From the NCBI GenBank assembly GCA_900767825.1, contig CAAGAN010000020.1, positions 6,831 through 70,830 of the forward strand: a DNA stretch of 64,000 nt, in the 5' to 3' direction. The translations under genes were made by a program, and so were the position numbers. Origin of the DNA: Bacilli bacterium. Its GTDB lineage: Bacteria; Bacillota_I; Bacilli_A; RFN20; CAG-826. Under the pieces are notes generated by a model. It worked only from the letters and a program-made list of their open reading frames with translations, made no database searches and was not told the DNA's origin. This document shows, piece by piece, positions 17,198-27,694 of the stretch. Each line of letters begins with the position of its first letter. The stretch's first letter is position 1.

Positions 17198-18943
17198 ATG
17201 GAGATGTTCGACAAGAAAGAATATTCTAAGCCAACTTTCTTGAGCGTTTTTGTTTTTGCTTGCTATGCTATTTTAGCCTTATGTGCGAATGAATTTGGGC
17301 TTGGATATAATGGAGTGAGTCCTACTAATGATTATCTTTATTATGGGTATGGCAGTGCCACCCTTTCTATTATTTTAGGCATTTCATTAATTGTCATATT
17401 TACTAGGAAATTAGGATTAAGGAATAATTATTTCTTTCTCATAGCTACTATTATTTGCTTTATAGGGGATGGGATTGCCTTATTTAGTTTCCCATCTAAA
17501 TTAGAGATAGATTCTAGCTTTAGCTTTGTTTCTCCTATTTCATTTAGGATTTACCTCCTATTTGCATATTTATCCTTAGCGATATTTATTTATTCTTTCT
17601 ATACATTCCTTCCCATGTTGAAGAAAGGGAAAAAGAGTTTCAATTTCGTGTTTGAACTCTTTGTTATTATTTCTTTGCTAGGAATAATTATTAGCTATAT
17701 AACTGATTTTAATGACTATGTTGCCTTGTTTAAGGGAGAAGAGTCCTTTATTTCTTCTTTGTTCGGGCATAAGAACATATTTGGTCTTGTCATTCTTTTT
17801 GGGGTAATGTCAACGATATATTTATTTGAATTAGATAAAAAGAAGTGGAGGATATTTTTCTTTGTTTTCCTTCTTATTTCTTCAGTTCCAGTCAATTCCA
17901 AATCATCTATAGTAGCTGAAGCCGTCTTGATATTTTCCTATATGTTATATAAGGGATTTACATTGCTTAAAACGAAAAAGAAGTTATCCATTACCTTATT
18001 TTCTATTGTAGGAGTTATTTTCTTAACCGGGATTATTCTTTTATGTATCCCGATTCCAGAAGGGGATGGATTATTTAGGAATCTATTATTAGCATGTAAG
18101 AGCATTTTCTCTAGCGGAGAAGGAACAACAATCGGGACTAGATTTGTTATATACAAGAAACTATTTAATCAGCTAAATATGTCACCTATGTTTTGGATAT
18201 TTGGGTTTGGCGATACTAATTTCCAGTATTCATTCTTCTATACAGCGGATTCTTCTTCTCCTGATGCCAAAGCATTTAATTCCTGGCCAGCCCATAATGG
18301 GTTTTTAGAATGCTTAGCTAGGGGAGGCTTATTACGTTTAATAATATATGTCGCAGTTTTAGTTTATCTAGGTTATAGATTTGTTAAGAAATTCAAAGAG
18401 AATAAAGACCCATCGATATTTATGAGTTTAGTCTACTTTGCTTCATTCCTAATTAGGACTTTAGTAGAATATGAATATCTATTCCTTGATTCATATAAGG
18501 GGGCTATTTTTGCTTTATTTATCATTGTTCCTATATTAGAAAATAAGGAAGAATATGAATATCAAATATCATTTGTAGGAATAAAAGATTTCTTAATGAA
18601 AAATTATCGATTTGTATTCTTACTAATCGGCTCTTCATTACTATCTTTCTCTCTGCTTTGTTTGGATGTCTACTCTTTATCGATTGCCTTACCTTTAGGA
18701 TTGATAAGTTTCGCTGCTTATGTACTCTTAGGGATTAAAAATAACAAGAATATGACTATATGGGTTGGCTCTTTTTCCTTAATCGCAGTTTTATCCTTTT
18801 CATTCTCTTTTGGATTAATAGGTAATATGCCAATTCTAGGAATTATTTTTTCTATTCCTTTTGGATTAGTTGTTCCTTTAGTAGGCATAGCTTTCTATAA
18901 TGCTTATTTATCTTTAGAAATAAATAAACCAAGTCTAATTTAG
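17198..18943 (+). CDS. O-antigen ligase/polymerase-like polytopic membrane protein (Wzy_C domain)
   Basis: At least 12 TM segments. The 'AHNGFLECLARGGLL' motif matches the O-antigen ligase H-N-x-x-L-E-x-G motif. It is adjacent to the sugar transferase. Confidence 0.65.
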   Translation: MEMFDKKEYSKPTFLSVFVFACYAILALCANEFGLGYNGVSPTNDYLYYGYGSATLSIILGISLIVIFTRKLGLRNNYFFLIATIICFIGDGIALFSFPSKLEIDSSFSFVSPISFRIYLLFAYLSLAIFIYSFYTFLPMLKKGKKSFNFVFELFVIISLLGIIISYITDFNDYVALFKGEESFISSLFGHKNIFGLVILFGVMSTIYLFELDKKKWRIFFFVFLLISSVPVNSKSSIVAEAVLIFSYMLYKGFTLLKTKKKLSITLFSIVGVIFLTGIILLCIPIPEGDGLFRNLLLACKSIFSSGEGTTIGTRFVIYKKLFNQLNMSPMFWIFGFGDTNFQYSFFYTADSSSPDAKAFNSWPAHNGFLECLARGGLLRLIIYVAVLVYLGYRFVKKFKENKDPSIFMSLVYFASFLIRTLVEYEYLFLDSYKGAIFALFIIVPILENKEEYEYQISFVGIKDFLMKNYRFVFLLIGSSLLSFSLLCLDVYSLSIALPLGLISFAAYVLLGIKNNKNMTIWVGSFSLIAVLSFSFSFGLIGNMPILGIIFSIPFGLVVPLVGIAFYNAYLSLEINKPSLI

Positions 18944-19016
18944 TATTTTTATTAAAATTCGATATTTTCCATGTAAAAACTGCTATTTTTGTTGCAGTCA
19001 TTACTAAATATGTTGA

Positions 19017-19072
19017 ATATAATCCGCAAAAAACAAAGAAATATGTTGAATATAATCAACATAATCTTCTTT
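19017..19072. promoter_or_regulatory. two 19-bp direct repeats (AAATATGTTGAATATAATC); second copy completes palindrome ATGTTGA-N6-TCAACAT; candidate operator
   Basis: Copies are at 19017..19035 and 19049..19067, and the palindrome is at 19053..19072. They sit about 50 bp upstream of the ATPase gene start. Confidence 0.4.
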
Positions 19073-19119
19073 TTGACTGGTCATTATTTTAAAATATAGC
19101 TAAAGAAAGGAATGATTTT

Positions 19120-20541
19120 ATGTTAATTAATGACGAACAAAGAATATTAAGAAATATCCAGGAGCAGAATTCCTGGTGGGTTAATAATTCAATTAACAAG
19201 GATTTGGTACCTTCTTTTAAACGAAATGAATACCCTAGAATTAAGAATATATTCTTTAACGAAATAAGGAGATTCCCTGTTCTTTCTGGTCCGCGTAGAG
19301 TTGGCAAATCTACTATAATGTTTCAACTTATCGATGAACTTCTTGAAAAAAGAAAAGTAAACCCATTAAGAATTCTATTTTATACATTAGATGATTTTCC
19401 TAATGATGAGATAAGTATCAAGGAAGTTATCAGGATTTATAAAAAATATGTTTATTCAGGCGATGATTTCTATTTGTTTATCGATGAAGCCCAAAAGGAT
19501 AAGAGTTGGAAGGCATGTTTAAAGACTTTGTTTGATTTAAATAAGCAAGTTAGGGCGATGATAAGCGGATCTTCTTCAATCGAAGTTGAATCTAGTAGTG
19601 ATGAAAGTGGTTCAGGTAGATTTATTACAATCAAGGTACCTACTTTATCTTTTTATGAATTCTGCAAATTAAACAAGAGAGAAGTTGAACTACCTGATGT
19701 CGATGTTTTCAAGATGTACACATTGTCGTTTTTAGAGCAAAATATCATCTATGTAAAAATAGCATCTCTTTATGATGAATTTATTAGATATCTTAAATTG
19801 GGTGGATTCCCTGAATATTCTAGAAGCAAAGAATATAACTACGTTTCAAGATTAATTAGAGACCAAGTTGTTACTAAATCCATAAGGATAGATATCCCAA
19901 AGACATGTCAAATTAGGGACATTGATACCTTAAGTAATTTATATTCATATTTTTGTTATCATTCATCGGATTTAGTTAATGTTGATACCATTTCTACTAA
20001 TCTAGGTATTGATAGGGCAACTTGCAATCAATATATCCTGGCTTTAGAAAAGGCCAATTTGATTTATATTTCAGAGCAATTGAACCTAAATGGGAAAAAG
20101 GCATTGAAGCCAAGAAAGAAAATATATGTCTCCGATTACGGGATTAGATGTGCCGTTACTAGGATCAATGATATCGAAACTGATGATATTGAATTGGGGC
20201 ATGCGATTGAAACAGTCTCTTTAAAACATACAAAGGATTATTTCTCTAGTCTTGATAGTGAATTATATAATGTTGGCTTTTCTAGGATGGAAGGGGATAA
20301 AGAAATCGATATAGTCATTCAAGAACAAGGGAACGATGTCCAATATGTCGAGGCTAAATATAGAAAGACACCTCACATTAAAGATAGCGATGGCATCGTT
20401 ATTTATGGATTAGAAGGGACACCTGGGTATGTCATCAGCAAGAATACCGATGACTTTGGATTATCTAATCGAGGCAAAACTGAATTATATCGAATGCCTG
20501 CGATTGCTTATTTCTATTTGCTAGGCAAGAAAAAGCAATAA
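19120..20541 (+). CDS. AAA+ ATPase of the AAA_14/DUF4143 family
   Basis: Walker A 'SGPRRVGKST' and Walker B 'LFIDEAQ'. The C-terminal region resembles DUF4143. Confidence 0.75.
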   Translation: MLINDEQRILRNIQEQNSWWVNNSINKDLVPSFKRNEYPRIKNIFFNEIRRFPVLSGPRRVGKSTIMFQLIDELLEKRKVNPLRILFYTLDDFPNDEISIKEVIRIYKKYVYSGDDFYLFIDEAQKDKSWKACLKTLFDLNKQVRAMISGSSSIEVESSSDESGSGRFITIKVPTLSFYEFCKLNKREVELPDVDVFKMYTLSFLEQNIIYVKIASLYDEFIRYLKLGGFPEYSRSKEYNYVSRLIRDQVVTKSIRIDIPKTCQIRDIDTLSNLYSYFCYHSSDLVNVDTISTNLGIDRATCNQYILALEKANLIYISEQLNLNGKKALKPRKKIYVSDYGIRCAVTRINDIETDDIELGHAIETVSLKHTKDYFSSLDSELYNVGFSRMEGDKEIDIVIQEQGNDVQYVEAKYRKTPHIKDSDGIVIYGLEGTPGYVISKNTDDFGLSNRGKTELYRMPAIAYFYLLGKKKQ

Positions 20542-20636
20542 TATATTTAACCTTAATTTCAACAGCAAAAGTTTTTTGTTGTTTAATATTAAAATATTAA
20601 CTATATAATACTCCTTTGTATGAACGAGGGTATTTT

Positions 20637-22742
20637 ATGAATTTGTCTAAACTTAAAAAATCCTTGTTAGTTATTTCTAATCTAGCCCTTCTATTATCTT
20701 GTGGCGAGCCAAGTTCATCTAGCGAACCTACTAGTAGCAAAGATAGCAGCGAAGAGAGTTCCTCTTTAATAGAAGAAGACTACAAAGAAGAGCTAACAAA
20801 GATGCTTAAAGAGCTTTCCAAAGCTGTTTCCTACTCATCTTTAGTTACCGTTGCTTCCTCAACCGGGACTGGGGAAAACTTACAAAATTATTATGGACGT
20901 TATTACCTAGATGTCCAAACAACCAAAAAGGAATATGCCTATCAGCAATATAAAGGCATTGAAAGCAACACTTCTCTTCCTAAGAAAGAAGTAGTCGTGG
21001 ATTCGGGTTATTTCTATACTGATCCATTTGGCAATACTTATAGCAATTACCTTGCTATTAATAATGCCTTGATTCCTTATCAAATTAGTCAAGATACAAT
21101 CCAAGGTAGTAAGCCTGTAATTTGGGATGAATCCGGATTATGCGATGTCTTCTATGATCTAAAATCTGATATGTTTGATAAAAGCAAAGACGGCAGTTTT
21201 ATTTTAAATGACAAGGCCGATGCATCGCTTAGAAGGAATATAACAGCCAATTTCTTTGGTTCGAATAGTGTTCCTGCTGCTAAAGATTTCATCTTGACTA
21301 TTAAAGACGGCCATATAAGTGAATATTATCTTTCTACCGAAACCCAAAAAAGATATGACCCAGCTTATCAAACTAATTACACCATGCAATATGAATTCGA
21401 AGGAAATATTGTTGCCTATGGCGAGAATAATGAAGAAATAAAGAAAAACTTCATTAAGCAAGCAAGTGGGGAAAAAGATGAAACCCTAGAAGCAACATTA
21501 GCTAAGCTTAGGGAAAATAATTATAAGGAAACTACTTCTATCTATAGAGTAGATGACCCTGATTTGTCCTTGAAAGGCACTTTAGCCCAAAAGAATGAGA
21601 CCATGTATGGAAATTCCACTAAAGTTGCTAAGGTTTATAACGCTACAAATAAATTGCTTTCGAACAAATATTATTATGAAACCGAAGACAATTACGTTCA
21701 GGAAGTAATCGAAATACAGGGGAATTATTATAACCAAGGACTTAAGTTATCTAATTCCAATTTATCTACCACCTTCCCTCAATTTGCTATGTCTTCCCTT
21801 TTCTTCAATAAAGTAGAAGATGGACTATATAGCTATGAAATGGGTAATAAGAATTGCCAGATATTCGCTTCTAATACATTTACTGAAGTAACTACTTCCT
21901 TATTGTATTCTTCTACAATCGACTTAAGGAAAGAAAACGAAGTTACTATTTCTGGAATATATGCGATAAGTAGCGATTCCATGACTATTTATTACAAGCT
22001 TGTCTCTACATTTAGCGATATAGGAACTACCGTTACTGGAATTGATCCAAGTAAGATTAAAGATGGCGATAGCCTTACTCTAGATCAATTATTTGCTGGG
22101 GATGAATATTTATCTGCTGCTAAAAAAATATTAGGCGAAGATAGATTTAATTCCATTGCTACTTTGGGTGGATATTATAACCAAGCAACCTTATTTGCAT
22201 CCGAAGAAGAAAAGCAAGTCCAGATGCAATATTACATGGGCAGTCTTGCTATCTATGATTTTGATGGAGATGGTTCATTGTCTTCTTATGAGCAGGCTGC
22301 CTTATATAGCGAAGTCGACCGTGTATTGCGCGCCTATTCTTCTAAAGTAGATTCTACTTATTGGCCTGAATTAAAAGCAGGGCTATATCCAAATACTTCC
22401 TTGTGCATCGAATTGACTTCAACCCAAGTTGTCTCTAAAGGAGTTGAATTAACATTAGATGTCTTCTTCACTTATGATCAATCTTCTTCTAGCGCCTATA
22501 TTGTTATCGAGGCTAAATATAACGAAAAAGTAACAGTTACCTTCGATTTCAATTATGAAGGGGTGGAAAACGTAATAAAAGTTATCAATAAAGGCGAGAA
22601 AATCGATGCCTTAGCTGCTAGAAGGAAAGGATATATATTCCTAGGCTGGTATAAGGATAAGGAACTTACCAAAATTGCTTCATTTGATGAACCTATTTCA
22701 TCAGATACGACTTTCTATGCCAAATGGGAAAAAATAAATTAA
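20637..22742 (+). CDS. large Ser-rich surface lipoprotein with C-terminal Listeria-Bacteroides repeat
   Basis: Lipobox 'LLLSCGE' followed by a Ser-rich linker. C-terminal 'GYIFLGWYKDKELTKIASFDEPISSDTTFYAKWEKIN'. An ATG at 20637 with a GAGGG RBS is preferred over the ORF-track ATG at 20616. Confidence 0.7.
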   Translation: MNLSKLKKSLLVISNLALLLSCGEPSSSSEPTSSKDSSEESSSLIEEDYKEELTKMLKELSKAVSYSSLVTVASSTGTGENLQNYYGRYYLDVQTTKKEYAYQQYKGIESNTSLPKKEVVVDSGYFYTDPFGNTYSNYLAINNALIPYQISQDTIQGSKPVIWDESGLCDVFYDLKSDMFDKSKDGSFILNDKADASLRRNITANFFGSNSVPAAKDFILTIKDGHISEYYLSTETQKRYDPAYQTNYTMQYEFEGNIVAYGENNEEIKKNFIKQASGEKDETLEATLAKLRENNYKETTSIYRVDDPDLSLKGTLAQKNETMYGNSTKVAKVYNATNKLLSNKYYYETEDNYVQEVIEIQGNYYNQGLKLSNSNLSTTFPQFAMSSLFFNKVEDGLYSYEMGNKNCQIFASNTFTEVTTSLLYSSTIDLRKENEVTISGIYAISSDSMTIYYKLVSTFSDIGTTVTGIDPSKIKDGDSLTLDQLFAGDEYLSAAKKILGEDRFNSIATLGGYYNQATLFASEEEKQVQMQYYMGSLAIYDFDGDGSLSSYEQAALYSEVDRVLRAYSSKVDSTYWPELKAGLYPNTSLCIELTSTQVVSKGVELTLDVFFTYDQSSSSAYIVIEAKYNEKVTVTFDFNYEGVENVIKVINKGEKIDALAARRKGYIFLGWYKDKELTKIASFDEPISSDTTFYAKWEKIN

Positions 22743-22752
22743 GGAGAAACAC

Positions 22753-24669
22753 ATGAAAAAGCAAAGCAAATTGTTATTAATCTCATTATCATCATTAATG
22801 CTATTTTCTTGCGCTGGGGGAAATATTTCTTCTAGCTCTAGCAGTAGCGAATCCTCAAATAAAGGTGGCGAATTCACCTCGGATGTATCTTCTATTCCTG
22901 ATAAAAGCGATGATACTAATCCAAGCATTTCTACCAAGCCTTCTAATTATGATGCCATTACTGAAGATGTTTTTAATGAACTTAGAAATAGTGGCTTATT
23001 AATCCAAGGCAAGGTCAACTGGGAATTCTCTGGAGAAGTAACTGATCCTACCTACGGCACGACTTATGACGCTAGCGAAAAGATTAGTTTTACCAAATTC
23101 GCTGGACAATCTTCCGCTACATTAAATAGTGAAGTACGTTTCTCTTCTACTAGTGATGAAGCTGATCCTGATGCTTCTTATACTTTCAAAGTATTCCGTA
23201 ATGAAAAAGGGTTACTAACTAGATTATATCTAGGCGCGGATAACAAGGTACATGAAGTTATTTATACAGCTGAAGATACTGATGAAGACGGGAATAAAAT
23301 CAATGTCGAAGTTGGCTATGATAGATATTTTGCCAACCCATTCAAATTGATCAAATATTCTGATATCAGGGACAATAAGGATGGAACTTATTCAGTCACT
23401 TCCTATTCTGCTTCTGATTTTGGAATTGCCACAATGTTCTTCGGCGAGACTTTTGAAGCCGATGTTAATAAGTGCTTATTAACTTTAGAAAGCGGAATTG
23501 TCCATCTAGATATCCAAACCGCTAGAAAAGTCTATGAAGATGATACTAGCGTCTATAACTGGTTTACTGCTAGCATGGATATCATGCAAGCCCAGGAACA
23601 AGATATCGCTAAGCCTGCTCCATATGAAGAAGACGAAGAAGTCAAACCTTTATTAAATGCCTTTAATGAAATATCAACTTCCTTAAAAGAAGGGGGACAT
23701 GGTGTTACTTTCTCTTATTCTGAATATTATCAAGAGAACGAATATAGGAAAGATGTTACCTATATGACTCCAGAAGGATATGTTACCGAATCTAGCGCTA
23801 AAGGAAGCGTTCCTAGTGGGATTGCTAAATTTGATAACGGCAAGAATTATTATTTCGAATTCAGGAACAATAAAATCGTAAAAAGTGGTACTTCAAATAC
23901 ATTGCATCTTCCTGAATATGGTCTAGATTCCTTATCTCCATATATCTTCTCTAAAGATGGCGAGAATACCTACTCGGTCAAGACTAGGGCTTTAGGACAA
24001 TACGCCGCGATGGTTATGTTTGATAATGACCATGCTGGCAATATCTATGGTAAGTTCTCCTATTTAGGTGATTCTATCCAAGGTACAACTAATTTGGTTC
24101 TCACTCTTGAAGGAGGCCATCTAAAGTCTATTACCTATAATTATTTATATGCTGGTAGATTAATTATTGGTACTTGCATTATTTCTGACTTAAATGACAC
24201 CGAATTAGGTTATCAATTCAAGACCATGCAACTTGGACCAGTCCAACCTGGATATGAAAAGTTTGTTGGTGATTTCTATTCCTATGACTATGGAACTATT
24301 GGAGTAAAAAATAATAGACCAAAGTGGGATTTAAGAATTTATGGTGATGGACAATATGCCATTAAAGAAAGAGGGCAACTTGGGGAAACGGCTGATCCAA
24401 TTCCGGATAACCCAACCAAGTCACAAGGCGTCTTAAAAGGTGATACATTTATTGCTACTACTCCTGACGGAATGGAATTGCCATTAAAATATTATCCAGC
24501 TAATTCTAGTTTTGATTTAGGATATGGAGGATTAACTGAACGTAACTTCCCAGTTTTATATGGTGAAACCAAAAACAGGGAACACGTATTTACATTCACT
24601 TTAGATCCATATTCAGCATGGAACGTTGATTCTGGCTTAATTAAAAATGCGGGGGAATATGCAAAATGA
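22753..24669 (+). CDS. large Ser-rich surface lipoprotein (hypothetical)
   Basis: Lipobox 'LMLFSCAGG' followed by SSSSSSSESS. It is 11 nt downstream of the preceding gene. Confidence 0.7.
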   Translation: MKKQSKLLLISLSSLMLFSCAGGNISSSSSSSESSNKGGEFTSDVSSIPDKSDDTNPSISTKPSNYDAITEDVFNELRNSGLLIQGKVNWEFSGEVTDPTYGTTYDASEKISFTKFAGQSSATLNSEVRFSSTSDEADPDASYTFKVFRNEKGLLTRLYLGADNKVHEVIYTAEDTDEDGNKINVEVGYDRYFANPFKLIKYSDIRDNKDGTYSVTSYSASDFGIATMFFGETFEADVNKCLLTLESGIVHLDIQTARKVYEDDTSVYNWFTASMDIMQAQEQDIAKPAPYEEDEEVKPLLNAFNEISTSLKEGGHGVTFSYSEYYQENEYRKDVTYMTPEGYVTESSAKGSVPSGIAKFDNGKNYYFEFRNNKIVKSGTSNTLHLPEYGLDSLSPYIFSKDGENTYSVKTRALGQYAAMVMFDNDHAGNIYGKFSYLGDSIQGTTNLVLTLEGGHLKSITYNYLYAGRLIIGTCIISDLNDTELGYQFKTMQLGPVQPGYEKFVGDFYSYDYGTIGVKNNRPKWDLRIYGDGQYAIKERGQLGETADPIPDNPTKSQGVLKGDTFIATTPDGMELPLKYYPANSSFDLGYGGLTERNFPVLYGETKNREHVFTFTLDPYSAWNVDSGLIKNAGEYAK

Positions 24670-26915
24670 AAAACCATAATCTATTTATTTTATCTTTGAG
24701 TTCGTTATTAGTTTTAGTTGGATGTGGGGAAGGTGGTTCATCTTCCTCCTCTTCTAAGCCTGACAGCGAGACTCCTATAGTTACCAAAACTGATTCAGAG
24801 ATTGAAAGTACTGAATCTAACGAATCTAGCGTTACTACAACCCAATCCGAAGCAACTAAATTTGCTATCCACAACGGGAATGAAAATGTTGCTTTAACTG
24901 ACATTAACGAATCCGCTAAAAAAGGGGATGTCATTACTTTTGGTTATAAAATCAAATCCGGTTATGAATTCAAAAACGAAGTAAAGATAGTTAATTCTAA
25001 TAATGAAGAAGTTGCTTTTACTGATAATAATGATGGCACCTATACATTTAATATGCCTTCTAGTGAAGTAACAATCACATTAGCAACTAGAAATAGGCTG
25101 TACAAGATCAGTAAGGATGAAGAAACATCTAGATTAATCTCTTTAATTAAATGCGACTACAGTGCCGATTATCTAAGTGAAGAATCTACAACTAGCGAAG
25201 AAGATATCTGGATGCATAATTCTAAGGCTGAATTTTCTAAGACAGTCAAGGTTTATCTAACTAGCAATGCAACTTTAAAGCCAACTGGAATTACTCTTGC
25301 TGAACTAGATAATAAAGTTATTAACTTAGAAGAAAGTTCTGACTTTGTAAGCTTTGTTATGCCTAATAAAGACGTGACAATCAAAGTCAATACAACTAAG
25401 AATACTCATCCAGTTACTTTCAATAATTCTACCCACATTAGTTTGTCTTTATTCTCGAAAGTAGAGGGGACATATAGTCAAATTAATGAAGTTGTTGCTG
25501 GTGATGAGGTTTATCTAAAGGCTATTAGCAGCGAAGAAAAATATAAAATTAATGAAATTTCTTATTCCTATACCTTAAATTATGGTGGCGAAGTAGTTAA
25601 TAATAAATTTGGCGAATCTGATTTAATCGACGGTTATTACAAACTTTCCGTTCCTGAAATAAAAGATGGAACTGCTTTGTCATTTACCGTTACCGAAGTC
25701 GAAGCTGGCAAGTTTGCTGGATATAGCTTTGTTGGCGAATATTTTGGGACTACAACCGAAAAGGGAAGAGCCGAAACTGCTGGCTGGGGCACATCCTATA
25801 AATTAGCAATTGATGAATCTGGTTTGCTAACTTTTGGTTATGGTGCAACTTCAGAAAGCCTAAAAACCTATTATGTAGTCTCAGTTGCTACCAACAAAGA
25901 CAAAGGCGAAGCCGTTGCTTCTAATGATGAAGGCAAGAAATTCAAGTTCTATTATGATGGAACTAATATCATCGCCGATTCTTCGTTTGATAATGAGCAA
26001 GAAATATTCACATCCTCTTTATATATAGGGTTTAGATCTGGAAAAGATACCCCTAGTTATGTGAGTGAAATGTATACTGGATATTATGATTCAGTTTCTA
26101 TTGATTCAACTTCCCATTTAACTACTTTCCAACTTTTAAAAAAGGAAGGAGAAAATGTTAATCTAGTTTATTCATTGTATGTTGATTCCTCTAAAAAAGA
26201 ATTTGTTAGAGATGGCGTGACAATCGAAATAACTGAACAAGGCCAATACTATAAGGATAGATTCAATGCTCAAGGCGCTTCCTATAATGTTTTAGTTAAT
26301 GGGGCCATTAAATATCGTTTAAAGCAAACTGGAATGGCTAATCCTGCACGTATTCTTTTAGATTCTTATATTGGAGAGTATAAGTTAGAAGGCGAGACTA
26401 GTGCTTCCTTAATTCTTAATGGTGATGGGAATGGAACTTATAAAGGTGAAGCCTGCACATATACTGCTTCTGAAAATACTTTAGTTTTAAAAACTTCTAC
26501 TAAAAAGGTTACAGTTACAGTCGATGTTGCTACCTTAACTTATGTTGTAGTGAGTGAAGAAACAATGTCTAATCCATTGGTAGGGTCTGCATTCACCGAT
26601 AATGGCAACGTAAGTTATGATTATTACGATGAAGAAGATCCTTATCCAACAATATACAATTGCACCGTAACTTTATTCTTTAAAGATGCTTCAACATGCA
26701 AATTATCTTGGGTTGATAATGGTAATGAAACCGTTATCCCTGAAGGAGAATATCCTTATAGTGTGGAAGGGAAAACGATAACTATAAAAGCTTCGCTTTC
26801 CTATAATGCTAGCATCGATGTTTCCTTGACTCTTTCCGATGACGGAACTAAATTGACATTTAATTCGAATGTAAATTACGAAGAAGTCAAAGGGCAATAT
26901 TTGACCAAGCAATAA
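24666..26915 (+). CDS. large Ser-rich surface lipoprotein (hypothetical)
   Basis: Lipobox 'LVLVGCGEGGSSSSSS'. Start overlaps the upstream stop (ATGA). Confidence 0.7.
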   Translation: MKNHNLFILSLSSLLVLVGCGEGGSSSSSSKPDSETPIVTKTDSEIESTESNESSVTTTQSEATKFAIHNGNENVALTDINESAKKGDVITFGYKIKSGYEFKNEVKIVNSNNEEVAFTDNNDGTYTFNMPSSEVTITLATRNRLYKISKDEETSRLISLIKCDYSADYLSEESTTSEEDIWMHNSKAEFSKTVKVYLTSNATLKPTGITLAELDNKVINLEESSDFVSFVMPNKDVTIKVNTTKNTHPVTFNNSTHISLSLFSKVEGTYSQINEVVAGDEVYLKAISSEEKYKINEISYSYTLNYGGEVVNNKFGESDLIDGYYKLSVPEIKDGTALSFTVTEVEAGKFAGYSFVGEYFGTTTEKGRAETAGWGTSYKLAIDESGLLTFGYGATSESLKTYYVVSVATNKDKGEAVASNDEGKKFKFYYDGTNIIADSSFDNEQEIFTSSLYIGFRSGKDTPSYVSEMYTGYYDSVSIDSTSHLTTFQLLKKEGENVNLVYSLYVDSSKKEFVRDGVTIEITEQGQYYKDRFNAQGASYNVLVNGAIKYRLKQTGMANPARILLDSYIGEYKLEGETSASLILNGDGNGTYKGEACTYTASENTLVLKTSTKKVTVTVDVATLTYVVVSEETMSNPLVGSAFTDNGNVSYDYYDEEDPYPTIYNCTVTLFFKDASTCKLSWVDNGNETVIPEGEYPYSVEGKTITIKASLSYNASIDVSLTLSDDGTKLTFNSNVNYEEVKGQYLTKQ

Positions 26916-26936
26916 TATCTATTTAATTCCTTAAAG

Positions 26937-26972
26937 GCTGTTTGCTGTAACTAGCGGCAGCCCTTTTTTATT
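26937..26972 (+). terminator. rho-independent terminator after the lipoprotein triplet
   Basis: GGCTG...GCTG-taactag-CGGCAGCC stem followed by CTTTTTTATT. Confidence 0.5.
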
Positions 26973-27097
26973 GCTTTTAATTTTCTAAAGTAGTTGGATA
27001 GTTATATCAAATATTGAAACTCTAACCATAGTAGAATAAAGACATAAGAAATAAAAAGCGTAATTATTAAAGATTAAGGAAATATATACTTAGTATT

Positions 27098-27694
27098 ATG
27101 AAATTAATAACAATAGGTGACTCAATTACGCATGGCCAATATACGGGACCAAATGATTCTTTTCCTAATTCACTAGCAAAGCCATATGGAGAATACTTGA
27201 AGGAATACTTAGGCTGTGAATATATTAATTACGGCCATAATGGAGTTGCTTTTAGTCATACATCATCGGTTAATTCCTCTATAGCCTTTGAAAATGTTGT
27301 TTCTACCTATGAAAAAGGGGACATCATCATTATTGCAGGGGGCACGAATGATTTCGGTACGAATGTAAAACTTGATGATTTTTCCTTTGCTGTCAATAAA
27401 GTCTTTTCCTATATAAAGAACAATAATCCTAATTCAAAAATAATAATAATGACCCCGCTGCATCGTAACGGAGAATCTTCAAACGAAATTGGATTATCTC
27501 TTTCTCAATATAGCGAAATCCTAATTCAAAAAGCTACTGAATACGGCTTTATAGTTATTAATGGTTTTGATTTCTTTTTCAATCCAAGCAAAGAAGAAGA
27601 TAGAAATAAATATGCTTTAGATGGTCTACATTTAAATAATGAGGGCCATAAACTTTTAGCAGATTTCATTATTTCAACGGGAGTATTGCAATGA
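27098..27694 (+). CDS. SGNH/GDSL-family hydrolase (esterase/lipase)
   Basis: N-terminal 'ITIGDSITHG' (the GDS(L) block), 'GGTND' block III and 'DGLHLN' block V. Confidence 0.75.
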   Translation: MKLITIGDSITHGQYTGPNDSFPNSLAKPYGEYLKEYLGCEYINYGHNGVAFSHTSSVNSSIAFENVVSTYEKGDIIIIAGGTNDFGTNVKLDDFSFAVNKVFSYIKNNNPNSKIIIMTPLHRNGESSNEIGLSLSQYSEILIQKATEYGFIVINGFDFFFNPSKEEDRNKYALDGLHLNNEGHKLLADFIISTGVLQ

